64,000 bases of DNA from an uncultured Gammaproteobacteria bacterium (GTDB lineage: Bacteria > Patescibacteriota > Microgenomatia > 2-02-FULL-39-11): contig CAZFNL010000137.1 of assembly GCA_964520615.1 (NCBI GenBank), forward strand, positions 7,140-71,139, in the 5' to 3' direction. A program made the position numbers and the translations under genes. Under the pieces are notes generated by a model. That model was not told the DNA's origin. It saw nothing but the letters and a program-made list of their open reading frames with translations, and ran no database searches. Below are positions 39,050 to 49,516 of the stretch, one piece after another (position 1 is the first letter of the stretch; every line of letters begins with the position of its first letter).

Positions 39050-40237
39050 TTATATATTTTTTGCGTCCTGATATATATGGTCAAGACTTTTACCGATTCT
39101 GCTCCAGTTAAATTTATCCTCTACAAGCTTTCTCCCTTTTTCAGCCAGACTATTGTACAACGCATGGTTAGTCAAAAGCCTTATTGATTCGTATGCCAAA
39201 TCAGAGGGCGTTTCACCTATAAGCACTTCCCTACCATGTTTTGCTCCAAGTCCCTCTATCCCTGTAGATGTGCTGACAACAGGAAGACCTGTAGCCATAG
39301 CTTCCAAAATCTTGTAGCGGGTACCACCAGGGCCATAAATCGGAGCAAGAAGTATGTCAGACTTCTTATAAGCTTCCCTTATATCTTCAACATTAGATGA
39401 AATCTGTATGTTTTTAGAACTATAAGAAGTAATCTTTGCAGTTGGAAACCTACCAACAATCCAAAGATTTATGTTCCCAAGCCTTTTTTTAATCACTGGC
39501 CAAATTTCCTCAACCAATATTGTCACGGCCTCCCTATTTTGTAACCATTTGAAATTACCTACAAAAAGGATAGTCTTTGTTTTTTGGGAATAAGATTGTT
39601 TTCTCACATTAAAAAAATCTGTATCTACTCCATTTGGCACCAAATCCACACTCAAACCAGGTACTAATTTATGCATTACCAGTCGGTCTGACTCAGACAT
39701 TGCCACCACCCGGGTTGCCTGATGCCAAAATTTTTTTTCCCAATAATGAATTTTTGTCACGTCAAAATTCATTAACCACTTAGCCGGTATAAATCTTATA
39801 TTTTCCGTATAGTGCTGGTAAACTAAATACTCGATCGTCTGCTCAACCAAAATAATAGGTATTTTTGTTGTGGGGATATTGGGCATGACATAAAAAGTTT
39901 CAGCATGTATTAGGTCAAAATGCTCCCTCTCTATAGCTCTTACTATCTTGTCTTTAAGATCTTTTTTCAGATACATACAGACAACCAGTGGATAAACTGA
40001 AATGGCTGATAATGTAAGACTTGTCGGAGACCATGGAGGACGTTTTAGAAATACCTGAACATCAGCACAGAATTCTTTGAGTTTTGGTATATAATCTTTC
40101 TCCTTTTCTTCTCTTATAAATGAATACAGTGTCACTTCATGCTTCTTTGAGAGATATTTCAAAAGATTATAACTTCTTATTTGCCCTCCTGAAAAAAGAG
40201 GAAAAGGCAAATATGGCGTCAACATGAGTATCTTCAT
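39050..40237 (-). CDS. GT4 glycosyltransferase
   Basis: SGGQIRSYNL, PNGVD, GGTRYKILEAMATGLPVV. Confidence 0.92.
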   Translation of the reverse strand: MKILMLTPYLPFPLFSGGQIRSYNLLKYLSKKHEVTLYSFIREEKEKDYIPKLKEFCADVQVFLKRPPWSPTSLTLSAISVYPLVVCMYLKKDLKDKIVRAIEREHFDLIHAETFYVMPNIPTTKIPIILVEQTIEYLVYQHYTENIRFIPAKWLMNFDVTKIHYWEKKFWHQATRVVAMSESDRLVMHKLVPGLSVDLVPNGVDTDFFNVRKQSYSQKTKTILFVGNFKWLQNREAVTILVEEIWPVIKKRLGNINLWIVGRFPTAKITSYSSKNIQISSNVEDIREAYKKSDILLAPIYGPGGTRYKILEAMATGLPVVSTSTGIEGLGAKHGREVLIGETPSDLAYESIRLLTNHALYNSLAEKGRKLVEDKFNWSRIGKSLDHIYQDAKNI

Positions 40238-40303
40238 ACTAAGAGGTAGTCAGAGTAATCTGTGATAGACGTATGGCAAATCAGTACCCGCAAAAAATCA
40301 TTC

Positions 40304-43300
40304 TTAATTTTTCGGAAGTTTACCATCAGGTACCAATTGAATTATGACATATTTATTTGTCAAATAGGCTATTTTGTATTTTCTTTTTGCAGGATCTGCA
40401 ATTTGAGCTTCTGCCATCAGCTGTTTTGTAAGATCGTCAAAATTGACGCTTACATAGTAATCTGCGCCCATATTAATCATTTTGTCAATTGATTCCTGCA
40501 TCACCGGCCAACCGGCTCTGTGTGTTTGATAAAGAAATGCTGTATCTCCGTCATATGGTGCAATAACCAAAGCGCTTTGGGGAGTCTTGGTGTCAACAGC
40601 TCTTCCGGCCTCCACAATTTCCGGGTGATTAATATTGTAATAGTCCCTGACAAAATACCAGCCGAACATTTCAGTAAATACAATCGTCACTCCGATAAGA
40701 CCAAAAACCAGTATTCCTGAACGGTATTTCCTTCCCATATCGGCAAAAAAGGTTATGCCTTTTGCCACAAATACCGCAATTATAGGAACAGTCAATATCT
40801 GGTAATAATCATGCCGTACGTTGCCTGTAGCAAAAACAGTGACATATGCCAATATTGCAATTCCCCACAAGTAAAAAAGAAACTTGTCCTTTTTGATAGG
40901 AGCAAGAATTCCAAGTATCAAAAAAGGTAAACCCCAATATCCCAAAATCAGTCTGGACAATCGGTCTGCAAAAAGCCAGTAGAAAAATGCACCCTTAAAT
41001 CTGATGCCGTCGCCGTTGAGAAGCCAAAGATTGGCTGGTACTCCTTCAGGAAAATGACTTATCCACCACCGCCACCATCCTAGAGGCAGCGAAGATATAC
41101 CAAAAAATAATACGAGTCCTAAAAAAGATTTAACAGAAAATCCCATTTTCCTGACCCAAAGATAAGACATCGGAAGGAAAAGAAATACCGCATACGGTTT
41201 TACCAAAAGTGCAGCAGCTGTGAAGACGCCCGCCAAAAATAGGTAGAGTATCACCTTCACGATTTCTACAATCCTTTTTTCTCCTGAAAGTTTTAATTTC
41301 TGCTTTGAATCTAAAAATAGATCAAGAAACCAAATCATGCCAATAGAAGTACATACTAGAAGCGGATCAGGCAGTATAGTGCGGGTAAAAAAAATGTTAT
41401 ATGGAAGAAAAGCAAAAACAGCAGCTGCTATTGCGGCTTCTCTTCTTCCCAGGTATTTCCTGACAAGAAGAAAAAGAAATATTATTGATCCCAAAGTGGC
41501 AAAGATCGAAGTTAATCTGCCGGAAACTTCTATATTCCAACCGACAAATATTTTATCGGTTACTACACTCAATACGTTGTATAAAGGGAATTCCACAAAA
41601 CGCAGTCCCTTGGGATTGTTTTTCCCAGAGGCCACATTGGAAAGATCATCGTATGTGGGAAAAAGTATATTAATCCCGTGCTTTACATAATTTCTAGTAA
41701 CAGCAGAAGTATCAGCCTGTCGCCATGAATGCCAATCAGCAAGAGGCTCATCTATCTTGTACAGTCTGACGGTAAACGCAAAAACCAGTATGACAAGAAG
41801 TATGAATTTATCGCTTTTTATGAAACTAACTGATTTATGGATTAGACCTGATATAAACTCGCTCAAATCCGGTATTCTCGGGAAAGGGATCTCTCTTTTT
41901 CTCTCTTTTCTCAACATTTCCACTCCAGCTAAGACAAATCCCGTTATACCCCAAAACATAAATGCTACCTTTGACGATTCGAAAACATCAATATATAGAG
42001 CGTTAACCATAAGCCCCATTAGCAATCCGGCAAACCCGATGTTTATACTGAATATAAAGGGATCAGCAAAGAGATTCAGATTACGCCAAATGATAAATAC
42101 GATAAAAAGCAGAGTTCCGAAAAACGTAATAAAACCCAAAACTCCAGTCTCACCCAAATTCCTCAAAAAATCATTATCTGTTGATTCCGCTTCTGTAAAT
42201 TGTGTTGGCTGAGTCTTATTTAATGTTGAATATCCGCTACCCAAAAGCGGGTTTCGTTCAAAACCTTTTATCGCCATTGGCCATAAAGCGTCAAATCTTA
42301 TGGCCGTTGATAAGTCGTATATAAAGGCCGTTTTGGAATAAGTACGAGGAACAGCCGCAAGAGAAGCGCTATTTGTACCCGTGGGCACCATAAGCGGTAT
42401 ATTCTTATAGACATCAATTGGCCGGTCTGGAGTGGGAGGCTGGTCACTTGATGAAGTGATTTGAGAAAGAGCTGCGTTTGGATTATTCTCCAAAAAGACG
42501 GCTTTGTCGGGCGGAGGCGGAGCACCAAGAGGAGTCAGAAGAAGTGATTTTACACCTGAAAGACGCTCATCAATCCTGAGAAATTTAGTAAATCTCTCAG
42601 ACAGATCACCAAAAGACAGCATTACTAGAATAGAAAGAAATATAACCGTAAACCAACGGGTAAGAGACCAGGACATTCCCTTTTTATATGCCCAAAAGAA
42701 GAATATGACAGTGATGCCAAATAGATATGCGATAAAAGAAGTTCTTGAGGCAGTCAGTATAAGCGTCCAAAAGGCGGCAGAGATTGTTAGAAATATCAAC
42801 AGTTTCAGTAATTTTCTTTTAACACCAAAAAACAAACTCCAAAGAAGCACCAACGCCATCATAATATAAGCTGCCAGATCATAGTGGCCCCCAAAAGTTG
42901 AAAGAACTCTTGCATGAGGAGTCAGATAAAGCATCCAACCCTTAGCAAATTCCCGGTTCATTGTCGAAAATGCAGGCCAGTAAAGATATCTTTGACCGAA
43001 GCCGTATATCGAAACAGCAACCACAGTAACAATAATAAGACCAATATATATCTTCAACTGCTTCAGACTTCTGACAGAAGAATAAAATATGAAAAAAAGG
43101 GAAAAGTACTCTATCCGTCTAGCGTAATGTAAAAACATCTTTTCAAGGTGTAATGGTATTAAAGGTACTGTATGCAGAAGAAAAACTGCAGATAGCATGG
43201 AGAGTACTCCTACTACAAGATAGGCTAATATCGGCTTAAAAAGAGGATTACCGGACAATCTTGTCTTCCCTCGTACCAACCACACTACCCACAGGAAAAC

Positions 43301-43459
43301 ACAAAAGCTGACTATGAAATCTTCCAGTCTGACTCTGACAATATAACCCGGGAGTATATCCCCGATGGGCAATTTAGGATAAAGAGGTATGAAAACCAAA
43401 AGAAAACCTGCTAATACTGAAAGGATGTTATCATCCAACCAACTTAAAAGCTTTGACAT
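40304..43459 (-). CDS. Fusion of O-antigen ligase-like (Wzy_C) domain and GT-C/PMT_2 (ArnT-like) glycosyltransferase
   Basis: N half: RVLSTFGGHYDL, LTASRTSF, NPLLGSG, DNDFLRNLGETGVLG. C half: RLYKID..ADWHSWRQADT, VEFPLY, RTILPD, LLVKP, HDYYQ. No stop between the halves. Confidence 0.85.
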   Translation of the reverse strand: MSKLLSWLDDNILSVLAGFLLVFIPLYPKLPIGDILPGYIVRVRLEDFIVSFCVFLWVVWLVRGKTRLSGNPLFKPILAYLVVGVLSMLSAVFLLHTVPLIPLHLEKMFLHYARRIEYFSLFFIFYSSVRSLKQLKIYIGLIIVTVVAVSIYGFGQRYLYWPAFSTMNREFAKGWMLYLTPHARVLSTFGGHYDLAAYIMMALVLLWSLFFGVKRKLLKLLIFLTISAAFWTLILTASRTSFIAYLFGITVIFFFWAYKKGMSWSLTRWFTVIFLSILVMLSFGDLSERFTKFLRIDERLSGVKSLLLTPLGAPPPPDKAVFLENNPNAALSQITSSSDQPPTPDRPIDVYKNIPLMVPTGTNSASLAAVPRTYSKTAFIYDLSTAIRFDALWPMAIKGFERNPLLGSGYSTLNKTQPTQFTEAESTDNDFLRNLGETGVLGFITFFGTLLFIVFIIWRNLNLFADPFIFSINIGFAGLLMGLMVNALYIDVFESSKVAFMFWGITGFVLAGVEMLRKERKREIPFPRIPDLSEFISGLIHKSVSFIKSDKFILLVILVFAFTVRLYKIDEPLADWHSWRQADTSAVTRNYVKHGINILFPTYDDLSNVASGKNNPKGLRFVEFPLYNVLSVVTDKIFVGWNIEVSGRLTSIFATLGSIIFLFLLVRKYLGRREAAIAAAVFAFLPYNIFFTRTILPDPLLVCTSIGMIWFLDLFLDSKQKLKLSGEKRIVEIVKVILYLFLAGVFTAAALLVKPYAVFLFLPMSYLWVRKMGFSVKSFLGLVLFFGISSLPLGWWRWWISHFPEGVPANLWLLNGDGIRFKGAFFYWLFADRLSRLILGYWGLPFLILGILAPIKKDKFLFYLWGIAILAYVTVFATGNVRHDYYQILTVPIIAVFVAKGITFFADMGRKYRSGILVFGLIGVTIVFTEMFGWYFVRDYYNINHPEIVEAGRAVDTKTPQSALVIAPYDGDTAFLYQTHRAGWPVMQESIDKMINMGADYYVSVNFDDLTKQLMAEAQIADPAKRKYKIAYLTNKYVIIQLVPDGKLPKN

Positions 43460-44345
43460 ATAGTGAAAAACGCCTGGAGTTGCCACCGATTATACCAAAT
43501 ACGAGTATCCTCAGCAATGAACCGAATTTTAGAAGTAACTTCAAAGGAATTTGCTGCCAGTTTGGAAAATGTTTTTTATAGATATATATGAGTGAATTGA
43601 ACTCTTCAATAATCCCCGCCTCATCGCCCATACCCGAAGCTCCTTTATGATGCACAACTTTAATAGATGGAATATAAAGAATATCAAATCCTTCTTTTTT
43701 TATGCGGAAACACCATTCTACTTCTTCAGCATACATAAAAATTTTATCATCCAGATATCCTGCCTTTTCTATCACCTTCTTTTTCACCAATAGGCATGCT
43801 CCAGATACCCAATCAACACTCCTTTTCCTTCTATAAAAACTTTTGTCTGTGACGTGATAAGGCCTTATAAATGTAGACGAAAAGGGAACATCATCAATAA
43901 ATGTCATCCAGGCAAATATCTTTATCAATGTCGGGAAAAATCCGAGAGATTGCTGCAATTTACCATTAGGAAAAACCAATTTTGTTCCTATAACTCCCGC
44001 TTCACTTTCATCTCTTGCGACTGAAAAAAGCATTCCTAACGTATTCTCAGATATGGATGTATCACTGTTTAGAAGCAAAATAAAATCGCTATGTGCCTTC
44101 TTAAGTCCTATATTATTTGCCGCGGCAAAACCCAAATTTTCTTTATTCCTTACCAAATTTACATTTGGAAACTCTTTCTCAATCATTTCAATAGAACTAT
44201 CACTTGACGCGTTATCAATGACAATAACTTCTGACTGACCATCCTTATTCAACTCTGATTTTCCCAGAGATTTGAAGACAGACAAAAGACAATTCCTTAA
44301 TATATCACAGGTATTGTAACTGACAATGATTATGGAAAGTTTCAT
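43431..44345 (-). CDS. GT2 glycosyltransferase
   Basis: IDNASSD, GFAAANN, LLNSD, DWVSGAC, MYAEEVEWC. Confidence 0.92.
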   Translation of the reverse strand: MKLSIIIVSYNTCDILRNCLLSVFKSLGKSELNKDGQSEVIVIDNASSDSSIEMIEKEFPNVNLVRNKENLGFAAANNIGLKKAHSDFILLLNSDTSISENTLGMLFSVARDESEAGVIGTKLVFPNGKLQQSLGFFPTLIKIFAWMTFIDDVPFSSTFIRPYHVTDKSFYRRKRSVDWVSGACLLVKKKVIEKAGYLDDKIFMYAEEVEWCFRIKKEGFDILYIPSIKVVHHKGASGMGDEAGIIEEFNSLIYIYKKHFPNWQQIPLKLLLKFGSLLRILVFGIIGGNSRRFSLYVKAFKLVG

Positions 44346-44378
44346 TATTGGTTTAAGAAAGTGATAAGGCGTACTATA

Positions 44379-44981
44379 TTACTGAAACAACCTTGCCCTA
44401 CCCAATCTATAATGGGGATTTTTTATTGTTCTCTCTCCTATCACCTCTGCGGGTATCCCTCCGACAATTGAGAAGGGTTTTATATCTTTTGTCACAACAG
44501 CTCCAGCTGCCACAACCGCCCCATTTCCAATTTTTACTCCAGGCAGTATAGTTACTCTGGGACCAATAAATACAAAGTCCCCAATTTCTACATTTTTTGA
44601 AACCGCGTGAAAATCCTCACTATCTATATCGTGCTGGGAATTATAAATGAGGACATACGAAGCAATGTCTACATGGTTTCCGATAACAAGTTTTGCCCGG
44701 CCGTCCAAAAAAGCGTGATCGCCGATTATTGAATCTTCGCCAATTGAAATGTTTCGTGGATTAAAACAGTTAAACCACATATGTATTCTGGCACCAGTTC
44801 CTAGCTTTATACCAGCTGTCGCATATAAAACCAATCTCAGACTATGAAATGGTATATGGCCAAACAAACGTATTACCATCAGCTTAAAATCTAAAATTAT
44901 ACTATTTAGCCTGTTGGTAGATTTTTGAAAAACTTCTTCTCTTGTCAATTCCTTACCGTTTTTGTCTTTTAATACCACCAT
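44379..44981 (-). CDS. Hexapeptide-repeat O-acyltransferase
   Basis: LbH repeats, ILPGVKIGNGAVVAAGAVVTKD..VGGIPA. Confidence 0.92.
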   Translation of the reverse strand: MVVLKDKNGKELTREEVFQKSTNRLNSIILDFKLMVIRLFGHIPFHSLRLVLYATAGIKLGTGARIHMWFNCFNPRNISIGEDSIIGDHAFLDGRAKLVIGNHVDIASYVLIYNSQHDIDSEDFHAVSKNVEIGDFVFIGPRVTILPGVKIGNGAVVAAGAVVTKDIKPFSIVGGIPAEVIGERTIKNPHYRLGRARLFQ

Positions 44982-44988
44982 AATGGTC

Positions 44989-46152
44989 CTATTTTATATC
45001 ACTAACTGTCTCTTGCAAAACTTTTAGAGTTTGAAGTGCGCATTTTTCCCAACTGAAAGCCTTTATTCTGTCATGTCCTTTTACTATCATTCTACTTCGT
45101 AACTTTTTATCATAAATGGCGCTTTTTATTCCCCTGGCAATATCCTTACTATCTTTCGGATCAACAAGTAAACCACTTTCCCCTATTATCTCAGGCATAC
45201 TTGAGTTGTTGCTTACAACTACCGGACAACCGCAAGCCATAGCCTCGACCACCGGTAAACCAAATCCTTCATACAATGACGGGAGGACAAAACATGAGGC
45301 CATATGGTAAAAAAGTGGCAACTCTAATGGTAAAACATAATCGGTTAAAATGATCTTTTGCACGACACGGCTTGTTCTAACAGCCTCTAAAATTTCCTCA
45401 TAAAGCCATCCTTTTTTACCAATAATAACTAATTGCAAATTAGTTTTATCTCCTGACATAATAATCCTTTCAAAAGCCTCGATCAATTTTCTTATATTTT
45501 TCCTCGGCTGTAGCGTACCAACAAACAGAATAAAATTGTCGCTTAAATGGTATTTTTTTTTCAACCTTTCCCCAAACCTCTCACTCCTTTTTTCATTTGA
45601 ATTAAAGACCTCACTATCGTATCCAGGATATGTCACTACTACCTTGTCGTCTTGGACTTTATAATATTCAACTATCGATTTTTGGGAATAGTAGCTGATT
45701 GTAAAAACCTTAGCTGCCTTTTTTACGGAATACTCTGTCCAACGGGTCAACTGATATAAATCCTTCTTTGTAAACATTTCCGGAAAATTAATAAAAGACA
45801 AATCCATAATTGACATTGCGCGCGGACAAGGTGCAAACCTGGGTGAATAGTGTGATGGACTGAAAAAAATATTTGGTCGTGGCCTTTGAAAATTCAGCTT
45901 TAACGGTAAAGCAAATTGAGTCCATGCTTTTTCAGGCCCAAACATTTCATAACTCCACCATTGATTTTCTTTCGGCAAATCATCCAATGGTTGATTTTTT
46001 AAGTATATTCTAAAACTTATGTCTGATAGATTCAGCTCTTTATACTTATTTTTCCTCAAAAGATATATGTGTCTTAAAAGTTGATAGGCGTATTGTCCTA
46101 TTCCCACCCTAAAATCCGTATTGGCTTCGTTAGCATCAATTCCTATTAGCAT
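44989..46152 (-). CDS. GT4 glycosyltransferase
   Basis: GTLQPRKN, PSLYEGFGLPVVEAMACG. Confidence 0.93.
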   Translation of the reverse strand: MLIGIDANEANTDFRVGIGQYAYQLLRHIYLLRKNKYKELNLSDISFRIYLKNQPLDDLPKENQWWSYEMFGPEKAWTQFALPLKLNFQRPRPNIFFSPSHYSPRFAPCPRAMSIMDLSFINFPEMFTKKDLYQLTRWTEYSVKKAAKVFTISYYSQKSIVEYYKVQDDKVVVTYPGYDSEVFNSNEKRSERFGERLKKKYHLSDNFILFVGTLQPRKNIRKLIEAFERIIMSGDKTNLQLVIIGKKGWLYEEILEAVRTSRVVQKIILTDYVLPLELPLFYHMASCFVLPSLYEGFGLPVVEAMACGCPVVVSNNSSMPEIIGESGLLVDPKDSKDIARGIKSAIYDKKLRSRMIVKGHDRIKAFSWEKCALQTLKVLQETVSDIK

Positions 46153-46155
46153 ATT

Positions 46156-47292
46156 TTATGAAATTAAACTTTCATATATTTTCAATATTTTACTTGCGGC
46201 ATCTTCCCATTTGAATTTTTCGGCCTGGGAAAAACCTTTCTTAATTATTTCCTTTCTAAGATTTTGGTCAATAAATAATTGCACCATTTTGACAGATATA
46301 TCTTCTTCATCATAAGGATCTATTTGTAACGCGCAATCACTTGCAATTTCTGCCAAACTTCCCATGTTTGATGTAACCACAGGACAGCCGCATGCCATGG
46401 CTTCTAATATAGGCAAACCAAACCCTTCGTAAAGTGAAGGAAAAACAAAAAAAACTGCCCCAGAGTAAATCGCCGGCAGGTCTTTTTTCTCAACCATGCC
46501 CAGAGGATACACAAACCTGACGTTTTTCAGCTTTTGTCCCCAACCTGTTCTACCCACGAGCACAAGATTTATTTCCTTATTCTGTGATGACACAAGTGGA
46601 TGACGTAAAAACCTGTCAAAAGCCAAAATCAGTCGCTGCAAATTTTTACGCGGCTCGCGTGTCCCGACAAATAAAATATATCTTTCTGGCAGATTATATT
46701 TTTGTCTCACACGTATAAATTCCTCCTCATCCTGAGGTATAAATTGTCTATCGATTCCCGGATAAACCACTATTACTTTATCAGGTTCCACATTCAGCGT
46801 CTCCAATATATCTCTTTTTGTCGAGACAGAATCAGCGATTATCGCATCACATTCCCTTTTTACCCAATACAGTCGTCTTTTTTGCGTAGCAACAATATCC
46901 GGATGGGAAATCTGCGGGTACTTATAAACTACCAAGTCATGAATAGTGGTAACCTTATTTACCCCTTTTATCGGAGGTTGGATCCAATCCGACGAATGAA
47001 ATATATCAGCATTGCCTATAAATCTGCCCAAATCAAATACATGATATCTGTTCCAGACAATATTCCCCAATGTTTGCGGCAGTCTGATAATCTTTGATTC
47101 CACATTGCTGTATTTTGTCTTTAATTCTGACGTGAAATTGGTCAATGCATCAATCTGCCGAAGTGATATTCCAAAAAGAAGATACTGATTATTTCTGTCC
47201 GTCTGTAAAAGCCTGCGCACCAAATTTTCTGTATATGATGCTACACCGCTTCCGGTATAAGCTATTTGTGATATGTCAATTGCTATTTTCAT
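46156..47292 (-). CDS. GT4 glycosyltransferase
   Basis: TIHDL, GTREPRKN, PSLYEGFGLPILEAMACG. Confidence 0.93.
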   Translation of the reverse strand: MKIAIDISQIAYTGSGVASYTENLVRRLLQTDRNNQYLLFGISLRQIDALTNFTSELKTKYSNVESKIIRLPQTLGNIVWNRYHVFDLGRFIGNADIFHSSDWIQPPIKGVNKVTTIHDLVVYKYPQISHPDIVATQKRRLYWVKRECDAIIADSVSTKRDILETLNVEPDKVIVVYPGIDRQFIPQDEEEFIRVRQKYNLPERYILFVGTREPRKNLQRLILAFDRFLRHPLVSSQNKEINLVLVGRTGWGQKLKNVRFVYPLGMVEKKDLPAIYSGAVFFVFPSLYEGFGLPILEAMACGCPVVTSNMGSLAEIASDCALQIDPYDEEDISVKMVQLFIDQNLRKEIIKKGFSQAEKFKWEDAASKILKIYESLIS

Positions 47293-48040
47293 TTTCTTTT
47301 ATTTTTACGAAAAACAATTGGCGGTAAAACGGCTCCCTATCCAAAATAAGAAGGAATTGTATAAAAAAAAGCATAATTTTGCGGAAAAAGAAATTTTTCA
47401 GAAGATTTTCTGTCATCCAGCCTTTCATAAGAAAATTTCTCATTTTCAAATTTTCGTTACCCTTTATTATTAAACTTATTTCCCTCCTGAATTTTTTTGC
47501 AGATTTTGATATCATTTTTTCAATTTCTTCTTTATCCGGTAGACCAAATCCTATTTGCTCCTCAAAAAAATCGTAGCTTTTTCCCAAATGCAGCTTGAAA
47601 TAATCATACAACACTTTATCCTGCCTATGCGAAAGCTCTCCGCAGGGTACGCCAATCAGTACTTTTTTTCTTGCTACTCTAACCATTTCATCAATGGCTT
47701 TTCCTCTTTTGTAGGAATCCAAATGCTCCAACATATCCATGCTTAGGACAATATCAAATGTTTCGTTATCAAATGGCAACTTTGTAACTGATGCTTTTAC
47801 TCTTTTAAGTAAAGGAGAAAACGGCGGCCGGAAACTTATATCAACACCCGTTACAGGCTTCTTCAAATACGGAGCAATTCCCAAACCTCCTGACCCCACC
47901 TCAAGAATTTTCTGTTTTTTTACACCTGAATCTCTAATCTCTTTTACAACCGGCAGATATCTTAAAGCGATCTCCGGATGCCATCGCGCAAAAAGAAAAA
48001 ATCCTGAAAGTTTGGCAATTAGTTCATTAGTAATCATCAT
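47276..48040 (-). CDS. Class I SAM-dependent methyltransferase
   Basis: ILEVGSGG, LPFDNETFD, DMLEHL. Confidence 0.9.
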   Translation of the reverse strand: MMITNELIAKLSGFFLFARWHPEIALRYLPVVKEIRDSGVKKQKILEVGSGGLGIAPYLKKPVTGVDISFRPPFSPLLKRVKASVTKLPFDNETFDIVLSMDMLEHLDSYKRGKAIDEMVRVARKKVLIGVPCGELSHRQDKVLYDYFKLHLGKSYDFFEEQIGFGLPDKEEIEKMISKSAKKFRREISLIIKGNENLKMRNFLMKGWMTENLLKNFFFRKIMLFFIQFLLILDREPFYRQLFFVKIKENENSN

Positions 48041-48100
48041 CTACTCGGTACTAAATACCACAGTTCAAAAATCCAAAAACAGGATAATTTACTAATCAAT

Positions 48101-49516
48101 TCATTTTTTATCATACACGTATATAAAACCCACTCCCGGAAAATCCTTTGTAGATGTCAGACTATATCCCTCTTTGGATAAGTCTTTTCCTGTCTTATTT
48201 TCATTGTCAGTCAGACCAGTCAAGTACTGAAATAAAAATATTCTGTTTTTACCGGTTATCTGATTATTCATCTTGGCAATGTCTGAATCACGGATTATAA
48301 ATTTTGGAGCTATACCTACCCCCTCCACGTTACCCTTCTGATACCAAAGAAATGGAGCAAATGGAGTTGGGAAGACAAAAAGAGCTACACTGTCTTTAGT
48401 AGCATTCTTTTCCGCATAGGAGACAGCCTGCCTCCATTCTTCCCGTTGGGTATAGGGATCAGTATAATACTGGTAGATTCCGCCAAAACTTGTCGAAAGC
48501 ACAATCAAGAAGAAAATCGCCATGGAAAATTTTGGCAGACTGAGCACTCCTTCCGCAATAATAAGAAGAAAAAACGGGAGAAGATATATCAGCCTCTGTG
48601 GCGCGGCAACAGGTATAAAAATCGATATTACCAAAGCTGGAAGAAAAGAAAATGAAAACAAGGTCAATAAAATTCTGCCTGTTTCCTTTTGGGACAAGCA
48701 ATAAACGGAAATAAGAAATACGATTATTTCAGGAAATATAATAAAACCGTATAGAACTTTATCGGCTACTGTCCCGTGCCCTAAGGCAAATTTCGCCAAA
48801 GTCAAAGGTAGAAGCTTTAACCATGGTACTGAAACCACACTGGTCCATCCGGCAAATCCACCTCCTGTACCCAAGTGAATTTGGTTTATAAAATACGGTA
48901 ACCAGGGTAAAAAGGTAAAAGAAGCAATAATAAATGATTTTATTAGTCGCATGAGAGATTTCCGTCTAAAAATTAAAACATAGATAAAATGCCCAAAAAG
49001 AAGAAAAGGGGCAAAATAAAGACTATAAAGAAGTAGAATTATCTCCAGGGTGTATATCATCCATTTCTCTATAAGAAGGAAATAGGTAGAAACAAGTGAC
49101 AGAAGAACAAAAAGCATATATGGTCTTGCTTCCTGTGAATACCATAAATGGAATGGAGATATTGCCAGAAACAAAGCAGCCAAAACTGCAGTTTTTTTAT
49201 CAAAAATAATTTCTGCTATTCTGTAAAGGAAAAAAATGCTTAAAACGCCAAAAATAACTGATGGCAGGCGGAGCCATATTTCCGATTTTCCGAAAATCAT
49301 CCAAAAATGGAGTATCAAATGATAAAGTGGAGGATGAAAATCGGAAATTATATTAAGCTGTTCTCTCAAAGGTCTAGCTGATTCAATCGCCTGCGCAGCT
49401 TCATCCAACCAAAAGGACTGGTTCAAATTGGCCAGACGCAAAACAAGAGCAAGAAAAAGTATAGCAGGAAGGTTAAATATCTTATTTAATCGTGTTAATA
49501 GAGGTTTAGATTTCAT
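48101..49516 (-). CDS. GT-C (GT39/PMT_2-like) membrane glycosyltransferase
   Basis: SFWLDEA, HPPLY, LRLPS, YSQEARPY; multiple TM segments. Confidence 0.88.
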   Translation of the reverse strand: MKSKPLLTRLNKIFNLPAILFLALVLRLANLNQSFWLDEAAQAIESARPLREQLNIISDFHPPLYHLILHFWMIFGKSEIWLRLPSVIFGVLSIFFLYRIAEIIFDKKTAVLAALFLAISPFHLWYSQEARPYMLFVLLSLVSTYFLLIEKWMIYTLEIILLLYSLYFAPFLLFGHFIYVLIFRRKSLMRLIKSFIIASFTFLPWLPYFINQIHLGTGGGFAGWTSVVSVPWLKLLPLTLAKFALGHGTVADKVLYGFIIFPEIIVFLISVYCLSQKETGRILLTLFSFSFLPALVISIFIPVAAPQRLIYLLPFFLLIIAEGVLSLPKFSMAIFFLIVLSTSFGGIYQYYTDPYTQREEWRQAVSYAEKNATKDSVALFVFPTPFAPFLWYQKGNVEGVGIAPKFIIRDSDIAKMNNQITGKNRIFLFQYLTGLTDNENKTGKDLSKEGYSLTSTKDFPGVGFIYVYDKK

